From Macrostomum lignano (lineage: Eukaryota), in assembly GCA_002269645.1 (NCBI GenBank), contig NIVC01000051.1, positions 310,001 through 374,000 on the forward strand: a DNA stretch of 64,000 bases, in the 5' to 3' direction. Under the pieces are notes generated by a model that was given only the letters and a program-made list of their open reading frames with translations, did not search any database and was not told the origin of the DNA. The position numbers and the translations under genes were made by a program. Shown one piece after another: positions 25,985-38,364 of the stretch (its first letter is position 1; every line of letters starts with the position of its first letter).

Positions 25985-26700
25985 CAGGATCCCGATCCTC
26001 AAATCCTAAAATCCCGACCCTGAAATCCTAAATACCGATCCTGAAATCCTAAATACCGATCCCGAAATCCTAAATACCGATCCTGAAATCCTAAATACCG
26101 ATCCCGAAATCCTAAATACCGATCCCGAAATCCTAAGATCCCGATCCTTAAATCCCTGGATCCCGATCCTGAAATCCTAAATACCGATCCTGAAATCCTA
26201 AATACCGATCCTGAAATCCTAAATACCGATCCCGAAATCCTAAATACCGATCCCGAAATCCTAAATACCGATCCTGAAATCCTAAGATCCCGATCCTTAA
26301 ATCCCCGGATCCCGATCCTGAAATCCCCGGATCCCAATCCTAAAAATCCTAAGACCCCGATCCTGAAATCCTAAGATCCCAATCCTGAAATCCTAAGATC
26401 CCGATCCTGAAATCCCGGGATCACAATCCTAAAAATCCTAAGACCCCGATCCTGAAATCCTAAGATCCCAATCCTGAAATCCTAAGACCCCGATCCTGAA
26501 ATCCTAAGATCCCAATCCTGAAATCCCCGGATCCCGATCCTGAAATCCCCGGATCCCAATCCTGAAATCCTGGGATCCCGATCCTGAAATCCCGCGATCC
26601 CAATCCTGAAATCCTGGGATCCCAGGATTCCTGTGTCTAAAGTCCGCGATCCTGAAATTCAAAGATCCCAATCCTGAAATCCCGGGGGATCCTGAAATCA
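25985..26700. repeat. Degenerate 20-21-bp minisatellite (GATCCTGAAATCCTAAATACC / ...AAGATCCC)
   Basis: About 33 units starting about 100 bp after the ARL5 stop. Confidence 0.92.
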
Positions 26701-27007
26701 TACGAGCGTATTTTCAAATGAAATAAGTAGGACTAAAAATTTTCTTAACTAATCTAGTTCTTAACTAAGAACTAATCTACACTTCCCGACTGGATGCCTG
26801 CATAAATTTGAATATGGCTGCATAAATGGCACACATGCAGACCAGTTTAGCAGCAATAATTCTCAGGTGTGGGCAATTTAGCGAAATTTAAGCTTCGTAT
26901 TTCTACTATCGAGTCTTTTAAGTACTTGCAGTTGCAATAGCAAATTTTGGTGATAGTATGGTATTGTATAATTAGAAATGATTTAGCACTCACAGTGGTG
27001 TAAATGG

Positions 27008-27293
27008 TATATATTCCCCATTTATTTTGTTGTCTGGCGGGCAAAGGCAAGAGGTGTCTCGTTTATTGACCGAGGCGAAGCCGAGGTCAATGATCGAGAC
27101 ACCTCTTGCTTTTGGCCCTAGACAGCTAAATGAGTGGGGAATATGATATGTATCCCCCGTTCGTTGTCTATGGTTGTTGTCTCGAATTTATCAGCCCGCG
27201 GGGCAGCGGGAAATAAATGATTTATTCACCTAGGGAAATAAATGAAAACATGCGTCACATAGACACTCGCCCGGGGCAAAAGGGGGATACATA
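27008..27293. other. Double-hairpin palindromic element with a GCGAAGC apex
   Basis: GCAAGAGGTGTCTCG...CGAGACACCTCTTGC perfect arms with imperfect extension to about 27008/27146. Second pair TATGTATCCCCC...GGGGGATACATA at about 27150/27293. Confidence 0.65.
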
Positions 27294-27619
27294 AGCGTTT
27301 ATAATTTTGCGACCATGACATTTTTTATTTAGCCTTCCCCAAATGCATTCTATGCTATCTTTGAACTTATTTTTGTCCGTTTTATTTTATCATTTATTTA
27401 GCGCCCCTAAGGTTAACACACAGGCCAAAGATGCTTCTATTTTTTATGACGTAATATATCGGTTATTATTTTACTAAACTATAAAATGCAATTGAAGCTT
27501 GCAAATGCCAATTAGTAAATGTAATTATAAGAATGCGCCGATTTTGGTGGCAGTTTGTCTTAATATCGTCTTAGATTGGTCTTCTTTATTTATTGAAACA
27601 TTACCTCACTCGTTGCAGC

Positions 27620-30600
27620 TAGGGTGACCCCATTCTAGATAGAGCGACCACATTCGAGATAGAGTGACCCCATTGCAGCTGAATTGACTCCTTTCTAGAT
27701 AGAATGACTTGATTGCGGCTGGAGTAAACTCCATTGCAGCTAGAGTGACCCCATTGCAGCTAGAGTGACCCCATTGAAGCTAGAGTGACCCCATTGCAGC
27801 TAGAGTGACCCCATTGAAGCTAGGGTGACCCCATTGCAGCTAGAGTGAACCCCATTGTAGCTAGAGTGACCCCATTGAAGCTAGAGTGAACCCCATTGCA
27901 GCTAGAGTGACCCCATTGAAGCTAGAGTGACCCCATTGCAGCTAGAGTGACCCCATTGCAGCTAGAGTGACCCCATTGCAGCTAGTGATCCCATTCTAGA
28001 TAGAGTGACCCTATCCCGATGAAAACGGTACCTGGGACAAGAAGCGGCCCGGAGTCACTTGCGTCACCCCAGAGTCGTTCTAGACGCGTTGCAGATGACA
28101 CAGGTTAAATAGGAAAGAAGTGATTCTAAACACATCTAAAGCGACGAGATGTCACGGTACAAGTCGCCAAAAAGTCGTCAAAGAGTCGTCTCAGAATCAC
28201 TTTGAAGCGTTGTATTGTCTGCGACTCTGAAACGATTCTGGAGCCGAAGAGTCGTATTTGAGGCGTTCTAGAGTCGCATTAGAGTCGTTGAGTTGTGTTT
28301 GAAGCGCATTTGCGTCGCTTGATGAATCAGAGTCACATTTCCGGCGTTTTAGCGGCGTTCTGGAATCGCTAAAAAGTCGCAGAAGAAGCGCTTTAGCGTC
28401 ACTGCAGAATCGTTAGTGCAGCACTTCTGATGCGCTCTGGACGCGTCACAGAGTCGTTACTACCGGCCTTAGACTGCTGGATCGTTACTTCTGGGCAAAT
28501 AGAAAACGCATGCTTATCGACTCAGAAGTGATGCACTAATGATTTTAAAATGACGCTAAAACGCTTCTTCTGCGACTTTTTTGACGACTTGTACTCGTAT
28601 ATGTCCATTACTCTGCCGCGTTCAGTGGCTTGCCTATTTATGCCGCCGCGTCGTTTGCTGCTCCCCCCTTTAATGCTTCGTTGCACTGTTGCCGCCTCGC
28701 TGCTCGCCTCTTGGCCTGTCCATCCTCATGGTTTAGAGTCGTTAGAATCACTTCTTTCCTTTTTAACCTGTCATCCGAACGCGTCTGAAACGACTCTGAG
28801 GCGACGCAAGTGACTCCGGGACGCTTCTTGGCTTAGGTGCCGTTTTCATCGTGCAATAAACACTCAGTTTTAGCCTACTGAGTTAGCGGAAAGTTAAGTG
28901 CCAGCACAAAGATTCTTGGACGACTTTTTCGCGACTATTTTACGCTTCTACAACTCACGTGACGCGCTTGTGATGCAACAGTCACCTCTCCATCGCATTT
29001 GACGCTTTTGAGTCGTTAAAAAGTCACAGGAGTCGCCCCAGACGCGCTAGAGTCTAGAGAGTTGTTTGCAACGACTTTTTAGCGACTTTTGTCACGGTCT
29101 CGTTTTCAACGGGTATTCTAGATAGAGTGACTGTTGCAGCTGAAGTGACCCCATTGCAGCAGAGTGACTATTGCAGCTGATGTGACCTCATTGCAGCAGA
29201 GTGACCCCATTCTAGATAGAGTGACCCAATTCTTGATAGAGTGACTATTGCAGCTGAAGTGACCCCATTGCAGCTGATGTGACCCCATTGCAGCAGTGAC
29301 CCCATTCTAGATAGAGTGACCCAATTCTAGATAGAGTGACTGTTGCAGCTGAAGTGACCCCATTGCAGCAGAGTGACTATTGCAGCTGATGTGACCCCAT
29401 TGCAGCAGAGTGATCCCATTCTAGATAGAGTGACCCAATTCTTGATAGAGTGACTGTTGCAGCTGATGTGACCCCATTGCAGCAGTGACCCCATTCTAGA
29501 TAGAGTGACCCAATTCTAGATAGAGTGACTGTTGCAGCTGAAGTGACCCCATTGCAGCAGAGTGACTATTGCAGCTGATGTGACCCCATTGCAGCAGAGT
29601 GACCCCATTCTAGATAGAGTGACCCAATTCTAGATAGAGTGACCCAATTCTAGATAGAGTGACTGTTGCAGCTGAAGTGACCCCATTGCAGCAGAGTGAC
29701 TATTGCAGCTGATGTGACCCCATTGCAGCAGAGTGACCCCATTCTAGATAGAGTGACCCAATTCTAGATAGAGTGACCCAATTCTAGATAGAGTGACTGT
29801 TGCAGCTGAAGTGACCCCATTGCAGCAGAGTGACTATTGCAGCTGATGTGACCCCATTGCAGCAGAGTGACCCCATTGCAGCAGAGTGACCCCATTCTAG
29901 ATAGAGTGACCCAATTCTTGATAGAGTGACTGTTGCAGCTGAAGTGACCCCATTGCAGCTGATGTGACCCCATTGCAGCAGTGACCCCATTCTAGATATA
30001 GTGACCCAATTCTAGATAGAGTGACTGTTGCAGCTGAAGTGACCCCATTGCAGCAGAGTGACTATTGCAGCTGATGTGACCCCATTGCAGCAGAGTGACC
30101 CCATTCTAGATAGAGTGACCCAATTCTAGATAGAGTGACCCAATTCTAGATAGAGTGACCCAATTCTAGATAGAGTGACCCAATTCTAGATAGAGTGACT
30201 GTTGCAGCTGAAGTGACCCCATTGCAGCAGAGTGACTATTGCAGCTGATGTGACCCCATTGCAGCAGAGTGACCCCATTCTAGATAGAGTGACCCAATTC
30301 TTGATAGAGTGACTGTTGCAGCTGAAGTGACCCCATTGCAGCAGAGTGACTATTGCAGCTGATGTGACCCCATTGCAGCAGAGTGACCCCATTCTAGATA
30401 GAGTGACCCAATTCTAGATAGAGGGACTGTTGCAGCTGAAGTGACCCCTTGTAGACAGAGTGACTATTGCAGCTGATGTGACCCCATTGCAGCAGAGTGA
30501 CTATTGCAGCTGATGTGACCCCATTGCAGCAGAGTGACCCCATTCTAGATAGAGTGACCCAATTCTAGATAGAGTGAACTGTTGCAGCTGAAGTGACCCC

Positions 30601-30940
30601 ATTGTAAACAGAGTGACTATTGCAGCTGAAGTGACCCCATTGCAGCAGAGTGACTATTGCAGCTGATGTGACCCCATTGCAGCAGAGTGACCCCATTCTA
30701 GATAGAGTGACCCCATTGTAGAAAAAGTGACCCCATTCTAGATAGAGTGACCTAATTGCAGCTGGAATGACCCCATTGTAGGAAGAGTGACCCCATTGCA
30801 GCTAGAGTGAACCCCATTACAGCATATGTGAACCCATTACAGCATATGTGAACCCATTACAGCTAGAGTGACCCATTACAGCTAGAGTGAACCCCATTCT
30901 AGATAGAGTGACCCTATTGCGGCTGGAGTGACCCCATTGT
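27620..30940. repeat. Satellite array of about 20-bp GTGACCCCATT(G/C)-based units with higher-order structure, split by an insertion at 28015-29113
   Basis: GTGACCCCATTGCAGCTAGA-type monomers on the left; on the right an ordered mix of ...GCAGCTGAA/GAT, ...GCAGCAGA and ...CTAGATAGA variants. Confidence 0.92.
28015..29113. mobile_element. Non-autonomous TIR element, 1099 bp, 3-bp TSD (TAT), inserted in the satellite
   Basis: Termini CCCGATGAAAACG / CGTTTTCAACGGG, flanked by TAT at 28012-28014 and 29114-29116. The first about 117 bp recur inverted at 28741-28852. Confidence 0.8.
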
Positions 30941-31058
30941 AAATAGAACCCAATAATGAATGCTATAAATGCAATGAAAACAGTCTGCCCACCTGCATTT
31001 CCAGTTCGCCTGCAGAGCAGAACCCTGAGATTACGTAACCCTCACTTCAGTCCCAGGC

Positions 31059-33160
31059 ATGAAGCGAGCCAACCCACAGTTCGCAACTCCTTCTCTGGGT
31101 TCATCCGAGGTCAGCACTGACCCCTGCCTGCTAGATCGAAAGCGTCTGAGGCCCACCGCTGCGGCCTCTGCAGCTCCAAACAGATTAAAGTCTATGACTA
31201 AACAGTTGAGCAGTAGTAGTCTCGTAATTCGCAAGGATGCTGCACTGCAGCGGAAGCAGCTGCATCCTATGCAGCAAGTTGAACCGCCCTATCTACCCAC
31301 GTCTAGCACTGGCCGCGGCCGAGCTGACAATTCTCAAGTCCGCGTACAATTGCTGCCTGTTCAGGCTGAGAATATTCGACTCCAATCAATGGCCACTTCT
31401 CGCTTTCGAACTCATATCTGGCGTCACGGTCCATCGCAGGCTATGTCGCGATCACAGTCTACCGCCTGTCTAGTTCGGTCCCGGTCTCCGTCCCAGCCGC
31501 ATCCCTCTCGACCTCACTTGTCCCTATCCCATGCTGTGCGGTCGCAGTCCCCGCCAGTGACTAGATCCCAATCTCCATCAGTGACTAGATCCCAATCTCC
31601 ATCAGTGACTAGATCCCAATCTCCATCAGTGACTGGATCCCAATCTCCATCAGTGACTAGATCCCAGTCTCCGTCAGTGACTGGATCCCAATCTCCGTCA
31701 GTGACTAGATCCCAATCTCCGTCAGTGACTAGATCCCAATCTCCATCAGTGACTAGATCCCAGTCTCCGTCAGTGACTGGATCCCAATCTCTGTTAGTGA
31801 CTGGATCCCAATCTCCATCAGTGACTAGATCCCAATCTCCGTCAGTGACTGGATCCCAATCTCCGTCAGTGACTAGATCCCAATCTCCGTCAGTGACTAG
31901 ATCCCAATCTCCGTCAGTGACTAGATCCCAATCTCCGTCAGTGACTAGATCCCAATCTCCATCAGTGACTAGATCCCAATCTCCATCAGTGACTAGATCC
32001 CAATCTCCGTCAGTGACTGGATCCCAATCTCCGTCAGTTACTAGATCCCAATCTCCGTCACTGCTTAGATCCGGGCCCCAGTCCCGGGTAAGGGCAAGAT
32101 CTCAATCGCCGTCCCGGCCGCCCCGGTCGCTATTCAAGTGCCGACGACACTCGCCGTCGCGGTCCCAGACGGGCCAGTCGCGGCCGACGCGTCGGGTTCG
32201 CTTCGCCGATCAGATTCGCGCGTTTCTATTCGAACGCGCCCTCGGCTTCTCCTGCGTCCCCAGTCGCGGTAGCGTCGGCCTTGGCATGCAGTTGAACCAT
32301 TGCGCCGTTGAGTCGCTGGCTCCGCATGATCGGCCAGTCGATGATAATAACAGTAGTAGCAGCACCGGCTATTCGGCAGCGTTCGGTTTCCGTTTAGCCG
32401 AAGACGGCCAAGCTCTGTCGCCGTTGCCAGTTAGATCGCGTCGCCAACTGCTGCGAGAGTCCGGCGTCCGACGTGCGGACTCGGCGGAGGAGCGGGCGGA
32501 GTGCCGGTTAATAAGGGCTAGCCGGGAGCGCTGCGGCTGCGACTGTCCAGACGGTTGCATTCTGGGCGTTTGTCCGTGCGCCGGAGACGAGATTCCTTGT
32601 CAGGTAAGCGAGGCCTATGGCGGTACATCTGTAGTCCCGGGTGACACCTTACTGGCCAACAATTTTCTCTTAGCTTTTGGTAAACAAACTGAAAATAAAA
32701 CCGGGAAGAAGCACTGCAACGATGTGGTATCGGTTAAAAAATTCTTAAATAAGCCAAGCCAAGTCCTTAGGTGGCAGAGGTAGCTCAGCGTTAAACTGAG
32801 CTAGGCGGCAGTGCCCAAAGCTACTGGCAAAATGACTTGCTCACCAAACGAGTCCATTCTCATTCAAATTCTTTCAAGGTTGACCGCGCCGGGTTTCCGT
32901 GCGCCTGCGCCCGGCCCGAGGCCTGCGCCAATCCGGCTGGCCGGCTTGAGTTCAACCCGTCGCGAGTTCGAGCTCACTATGTGCACACCGCCCACCGGCT
33001 CAGTCTGGAGTCTGAGCAGCAACAGGCAGACCTGTTCACACCAGACGGTTCGTGTTCGGTGTGCGCCGATGTTGACAACGTCCAAGATCAGTGTTCTACA
33101 ATGCCATTGACTGGCGCACCTCTTCTGACTGCTGCTAACGACATGCCAACAGCTACCTGA
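31059..33160 (+). CDS. CSRNP: Cysteine/serine-rich nuclear protein (CSRNP/Axud1 family), 2 coding exons, 608 aa
   Basis: Exons 31059-32603 and 32879-33160 (phase 0). RRVRF..., LGFSCVPSRGSVGLGM, RRQLLRESGV, IRASRERCGCDC, CQ|VDRAGFPCAC, CANPAGRLEFNPSRVRAHY match the CSRNP core. Confidence 0.9.
31557..32060 (+). repeat. Coding 24-bp tandem repeat, 21 x VT(R/G)SQSPS
   Basis: GTGACTAGATCCCAATCTCC(A/G)TCA units in frame in the CSRNP N-terminal region. Confidence 0.95.
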
Positions 33161-33970
33161 GTAAATGTGATCACTTTAACAATAAAATACTTTAGGAATC
33201 ACCAAATCCACGGTGGTTAGGCCTAGACCCCTGATACCTGGGTAATTTTTCTCCAAACATTCTGGGCCTTAGCCTAACCGCGACTCAATGCATGTATGAT
33301 AATATGTAATTTTGTCGTGTACAATGTTGTGCTCCATTTTTAGGGACGTGTTTTCTTTATTCTTTATTGTTGTTTTAACTCTCTATATCGAAACTTTATT
33401 TGATTCTTTCCTTTATTATCTCCGATAAATGTTGTTGACTTCATTTTTTGTAAAAAAATCTGTTGATTTGACTGCTCACCTGGCAACTCGGATTGGCTTG
33501 CTAAGCTTGTACGCTTTTGAAACGCTTTTGTATGTTAATGCATCGCTGCAGTTTGGTAATTTTATTATTTTACAAAATAAACCATTGAATCAACTTGTTT
33601 ATCAGTCTAGTTGTTGTGAATTAAATTTCTAGCAGTACTTGCCTACTTCTTCCCTTTTTTCACTTCCAAAACAACTTCTAAATGTGACTTCTGGAGGGAA
33701 GGGGTTCGATTACAGCTGCGTCTATACAGTGTCTAGTTAAGGACTATGGAATGAATTATCTTGTGGAAACCTATCTGATTGCATGCACAGTTAATACAGT
33801 CATCCTACTCAGGGGCGTTTACGTACCTGTATAAACGCTTGCTTGAAAGTAACGAAGTTACAAAAGTTAGGAAAATTGTGAGAATTACTGTACAAAAAAT
33901 ACCTCATACGGTCGTATAACTAACAGTTTATATCTCTCTGTGCTACATGTAGGTTGTAACCCCTGAGTTA

Positions 33971-34331
33971 AGGGGGCCGTAGCGCAGCGATAGCGCAGCT
34001 GCTCTGGTGTGCCAGCGACCCAGGCTCGATTCCAAGTGCAGTCACATTAATTTGGGGCTGAATTGGAATCTCGGCTTGGCTCTGCTCGTGCAATTAACGG
34101 CCTTGAGAGCCAACCCCCCAAGGCGCAGTGAAGTGTACATGCCTAACGATAATATAAAGTTAGGGCCGCTGTACACTCCTGTGTGAGTGTGTGCCTGCGT
34201 ACGTATCCGCGCGCTTGTATGCCTGCTCAGGGAGTCGGCGGAATGGGCAGTAATGCCTCCCGCCGGTTGTGTTCCTATGTCGCTTAAAGTGCTCCAGGGT
34301 GCACACAACCCCCCTGCCTCTAATAAAAAAA
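33971..34331 (+). mobile_element. tRNA-derived SINE, 361 bp, with 14-bp TSD
   Basis: A-box-like TAGCGCAGCGA, B-box-like GGCTCGATTCC, A-rich tail, exact TSD TAACCCCTGAGTTA (33957-33970 and 34332-34345). Confidence 0.85.
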
Positions 34332-35303
34332 TAACCCCTGAGTTAGGGCGTTGACAGCAATTTCGTCTACCTTATCAATCTGGTTCCTGACGTTCGCGAG
34401 ACTGCGTCTTCTTTCGTCTGGGCTGTTTCTGCGATCTCAGTCCTGGAGTTCGAGGCGCCAACTGACTGTCAGAAGCTAGGTGGCATTGGACCAGAGGGAG
34501 GTTAAGACCAGCGATGATCAGTGATTGCGATGAGCGATGAGCGAGTCACCGACTTAGCACTGTACCACCGTGCCGGTCTGGTCCGCTCAAACGACCTGTC
34601 ACCTGACTGCATCATCCGTACCGACTCGTACTGCCCAAAGCCGGTGCTGCTGCTGGCACTGCAGGCAACCTACCGGTGAGTACAGGCACGCACTTTGGCA
34701 ATCCGTCGACTGCTTGGATTCGGTCGGCAGCGCGGCCTATGCTCGCGACCACGCGCACTGTGATGCTGCTCTGTTTTATTAGAGTTAGACTTTAACTGAG
34801 TGCGTAGCTATCTATATACGCGTCTTTTTTGCTACTCAGTACCTGCAGGAAATAGTATGTCAATCGTTTGTCTAGTGAGGTTGACGCTAGCTTTAGTCTT
34901 AAAACATGCATACATCCTATCTAATGTGCTACGAACGTAAATGCGGTTTCATATCTACCGGTATATGTACAATCCCGTGCCTAGCGGCTTTATTAGAACT
35001 CGTAGGTAAGCTAAGTGCCAAGGTCAGGCAGAAGACGACTACGTTGCGAGTCTAATTGCGATAAGTTCTTTAACTCGATCGGAGCCATAGAAAGTGTAGA
35101 TGCTATATTGCTTTCTATATTGCTTCTCTTGCTCTTCGATTTTAATTATCTATGGCTGAAAAGTCAAGTGAACAATTGACAGGAAAGATTAAAAGAACAA
35201 GCGAGGGAAGAAATATTCTGACTGATACATCTTGTTTGCTTGGCCCGTGACTTTTGTCAGACGAATACTAAACTTTCTGGGCCAGTTGTCAACTTTCAGC
35301 ACA

Positions 35304-37921
35304 ATGTCGGACGGCTCAGAGAAGGGCAAAGGCAAAGGCGCCGGAAAGAAGAAGGCCGGAGGAACCGAGGGTAAGGAAGTAATTTCTGGTAGTTTCTGGT
35401 TGAATTTTATTCGGCGTAAAATTCTCTGTAAGAGTCCAAACGAGATGGTCAGTGGTATAATCACTCATGATATTCACGAGTATTCGGATGCCATAGCTCG
35501 GTCATTGAAGGGGTCGCTACTTGTCAGGCTAAATAGTGTATCATTTCGACTCGAAGTTCACTTAAAGTACATCATGCGTAGTGTCAACTCTGCTTATTGC
35601 AATTCCACACCAGGCCTGGGCCGTTCGTCTATGCAGAAGAACGGCGATGGTACCCTGGTCATGCCCAGATTCTACGATCTGCTTCCAACTGCCAATCTGC
35701 GCAAAGAGATGAACAACTACTTGGATTTGGACGTGCTGTTTATGAAGCTAAAGTACAATCAATTTTATAACCGAGCTACAGACAACGCCGTGAAGACAGG
35801 CAAATCTAAGCCAGAGAATGTCGGATTCGAGGGCAGGCCGTGAGTGCAACAGCTTGCATTCAATTGGTCCTGCATTATATTTAATCCCGTCTTAGCATAA
35901 TCAAAGCTGTGCGGGTACATACTCTTTATACCCTGTAGTTTTTGCCAATATTACCCTGTTGAACTGCTTTTTCGTGTTTTAAACCAAGTAGTTGGTAAAA
36001 TTCTTTGATTCTCGACAACCCTAAAGAAAAATCTAAAAGACTCTAGAAATAAAACTTTTCCTCCTCAAGGTTGAGGACAATTTACAAGTACATGAAACTA
36101 ATGCATGTCGACTCTGGATCAGCATAGTTCCCGGTAGTTCCCAGTAAGCCAGTTAAACAGACATACGAGACGCTGATCTCAAATTCGTATACGAAATCCG
36201 ACAGACTGACCATCGTTTGGGACGATGATACGCGCGAGGACAACAAGTTGAACGGCTACCGAATCATCGCTCTGCTCATGGCGGTGCGCTACTGCCTAGT
36301 GCAGCACATGGCCTGCGAGGAATGCGAAGGTCCGGCCTTTGTGTTCACCGATTTGCACGGTCAGCACTCAGATCAGCTGCGCTGGTTTTTCCTGTTCGGC
36401 GGACCCGAGCAGCAGAATGTCTACAATTACGTCATCTGCGGCGACTCCGTCGATCGTGGACCGCGCCAGATGGAGACCACACTGCTGCTGCTGTACTACA
36501 AGCTGCGCTATCCGACCCGAATGTTCTTTCTTAAAGGCAATCACGAAGATTTTGATATGCACGAGCACTACGGCTTTATGGACGAAGTGCGCAATCGGTG
36601 AGTATAGCTCTTGTACTGCTTGTTCTTATTATTCTACAAGTAAATCCAAATGTTCTCTGACGCTTTCCCAAGCACTCTAGACTCTAATTGTAACTCTAGG
36701 GTGTCCGTGCTCTATACATGTACACCTAACGTAAGGATATTTGTTACCCAAACCATTTGGATAATCAATTCATCTTGTCGTCGGTTAATACGAGTAATTT
36801 TCAATAAAATGTAAACAACTTGGCATTAGACGCTTCTGACACATCTACATGTATTTTAAATTTTAGCTGCTCCGAAAACGCCGGCAACAATGCCGCCCTC
36901 TACGACCTGTCATTCAACAACATGTACTACATGTTTGTGCACGTATTCGACTACCTGCCGTCCGTGTGCATCTTAGACAGAAAAATCTACTGCGTACACG
37001 GCGGCATCTCGCCGATACTTACCATGTGTCACACGTGCCGCGCCGGCACCGGCAAAAGTCGAATTGTTGACATCTGCGAGATACCGGATCACATGTCGTC
37101 TAGTCAGACTGTCGACTACCTGATTGACCTAATTAATACCAGGGTGAAGAATCCTAGCGAAATTGGCGACGCTTACGTCAAAGACAAGGGTGAGATGCTG
37201 CCTGAGATGACTTGAGAAAGAAAAGAGCATTACGTATTATGAACCTATAATCAATATTTAATTCAAACAGAGGTGCTTCGTGACGTCATCAGTACAAAGA
37301 CCTTCGAAACGTACGGCTTCTTATTGTCTGACCTTCTGTGGTCGGATCCGTCGGTGGTAAAAGGCACGACCGGACCCAACGATCAGAAGTGGCATCAGAG
37401 CAAAGGCTGGATATTTAACAACGATCGAAAGATCTCCTACATTTTTGGTACCAACGTTATTGAGAAGTTTCTGAACTCTTGGCAGTTAAACTTGATTATT
37501 CGCGGTGAGTGGTTATTGGAATGTGCGAACATCACTAACGACCAGTTACTTTCCAACACACGTACAACACTGTCTTTTCCGAATGGTCCCAAAACGAGAG
37601 TTAGTGTATCGTACCAAAGACCTAAATGTTATAATCTTTTATTAGCAATCAGAATGAACAGCATTTCTTATGTGTTTCACATAAACTGCGTTTAATCTAC
37701 ATTGAACCTCAAAAAATGTGACAGGTCACGATGTGCGCATGACTGGCTACGAATGGCACTATAAGAAGAACCTGATCACGGCATTCTCGGCCCCAGGCTA
37801 CACTGGCAAGTCCAACAAAGGCTGCGTTGCTATGGTCTCGGTGAAACGCGACGACGATACCAAGCGCAAGGTTCGTGTCGATCCCATTGTGCTGGACAAG
37901 ATCACTCGCGTCAATAATTAA
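35304..37921 (+). CDS. Divergent PPP-family (PP1-like) Ser/Thr phosphatase, 6 exons, 479 aa
   Basis: Exons 35304-35370, 35614-35839, 36205-36597, 36867-37189, 37271-37504, 37725-37921 join in phase (exon 2 acceptor is least certain). Motifs TDLHG, GDSVDRG, GNHE, HGG, DLLWSDP, RG|H, SAPGY. Confidence 0.88.
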
Positions 37922-38364
37922 CATTGGACGATATAAATCTACCTTTTTATGGAGGAAAACAGCATGACAGACAATGCTGACGAGGAAAATGTTCTGACAC
38001 AACCTGCGCATGGTTTCCAAAGGCCAGAAAATGCTTAAAATTGGCTTTTGGCTTTTATTTTAACAGAGGAAATATACGATTTTCTTTCAAAGTTTTTCTC
38101 TGCAGTCAATATACTATGCACTGTCGACTATAATATTTGCCGCATTTTCATCATACGTGGTTTTTTTATATTCCATAAATTGATGAACGAATCACATACA
38201 GTGCTTTTTGGCCATTCATAGTGTCTGACCTACCACTTCATTCAATGGGCGTAGCCGAGGTCAACCAATAGACTGACAAAAATATGGCGCCTGTTCACAA
38301 CAGGTGCGACGCCCCCTGTTGCCAATTTTTGTAGTTCCTTAACAAATTACTCGTACTTTAGTTT

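Noticed and set aside
33971-34040. tRNA gene (also 63900-63970)
   Set aside because: Only A/B boxes without a full cloverleaf, continuing into SINE bodies.
35232-35843. 203-aa ORF as a standalone protein
   Set aside because: It is exon 1, a stop-free intron and exon 2 of the PPP gene; donor G|GTAAGG at 35371 is strong.
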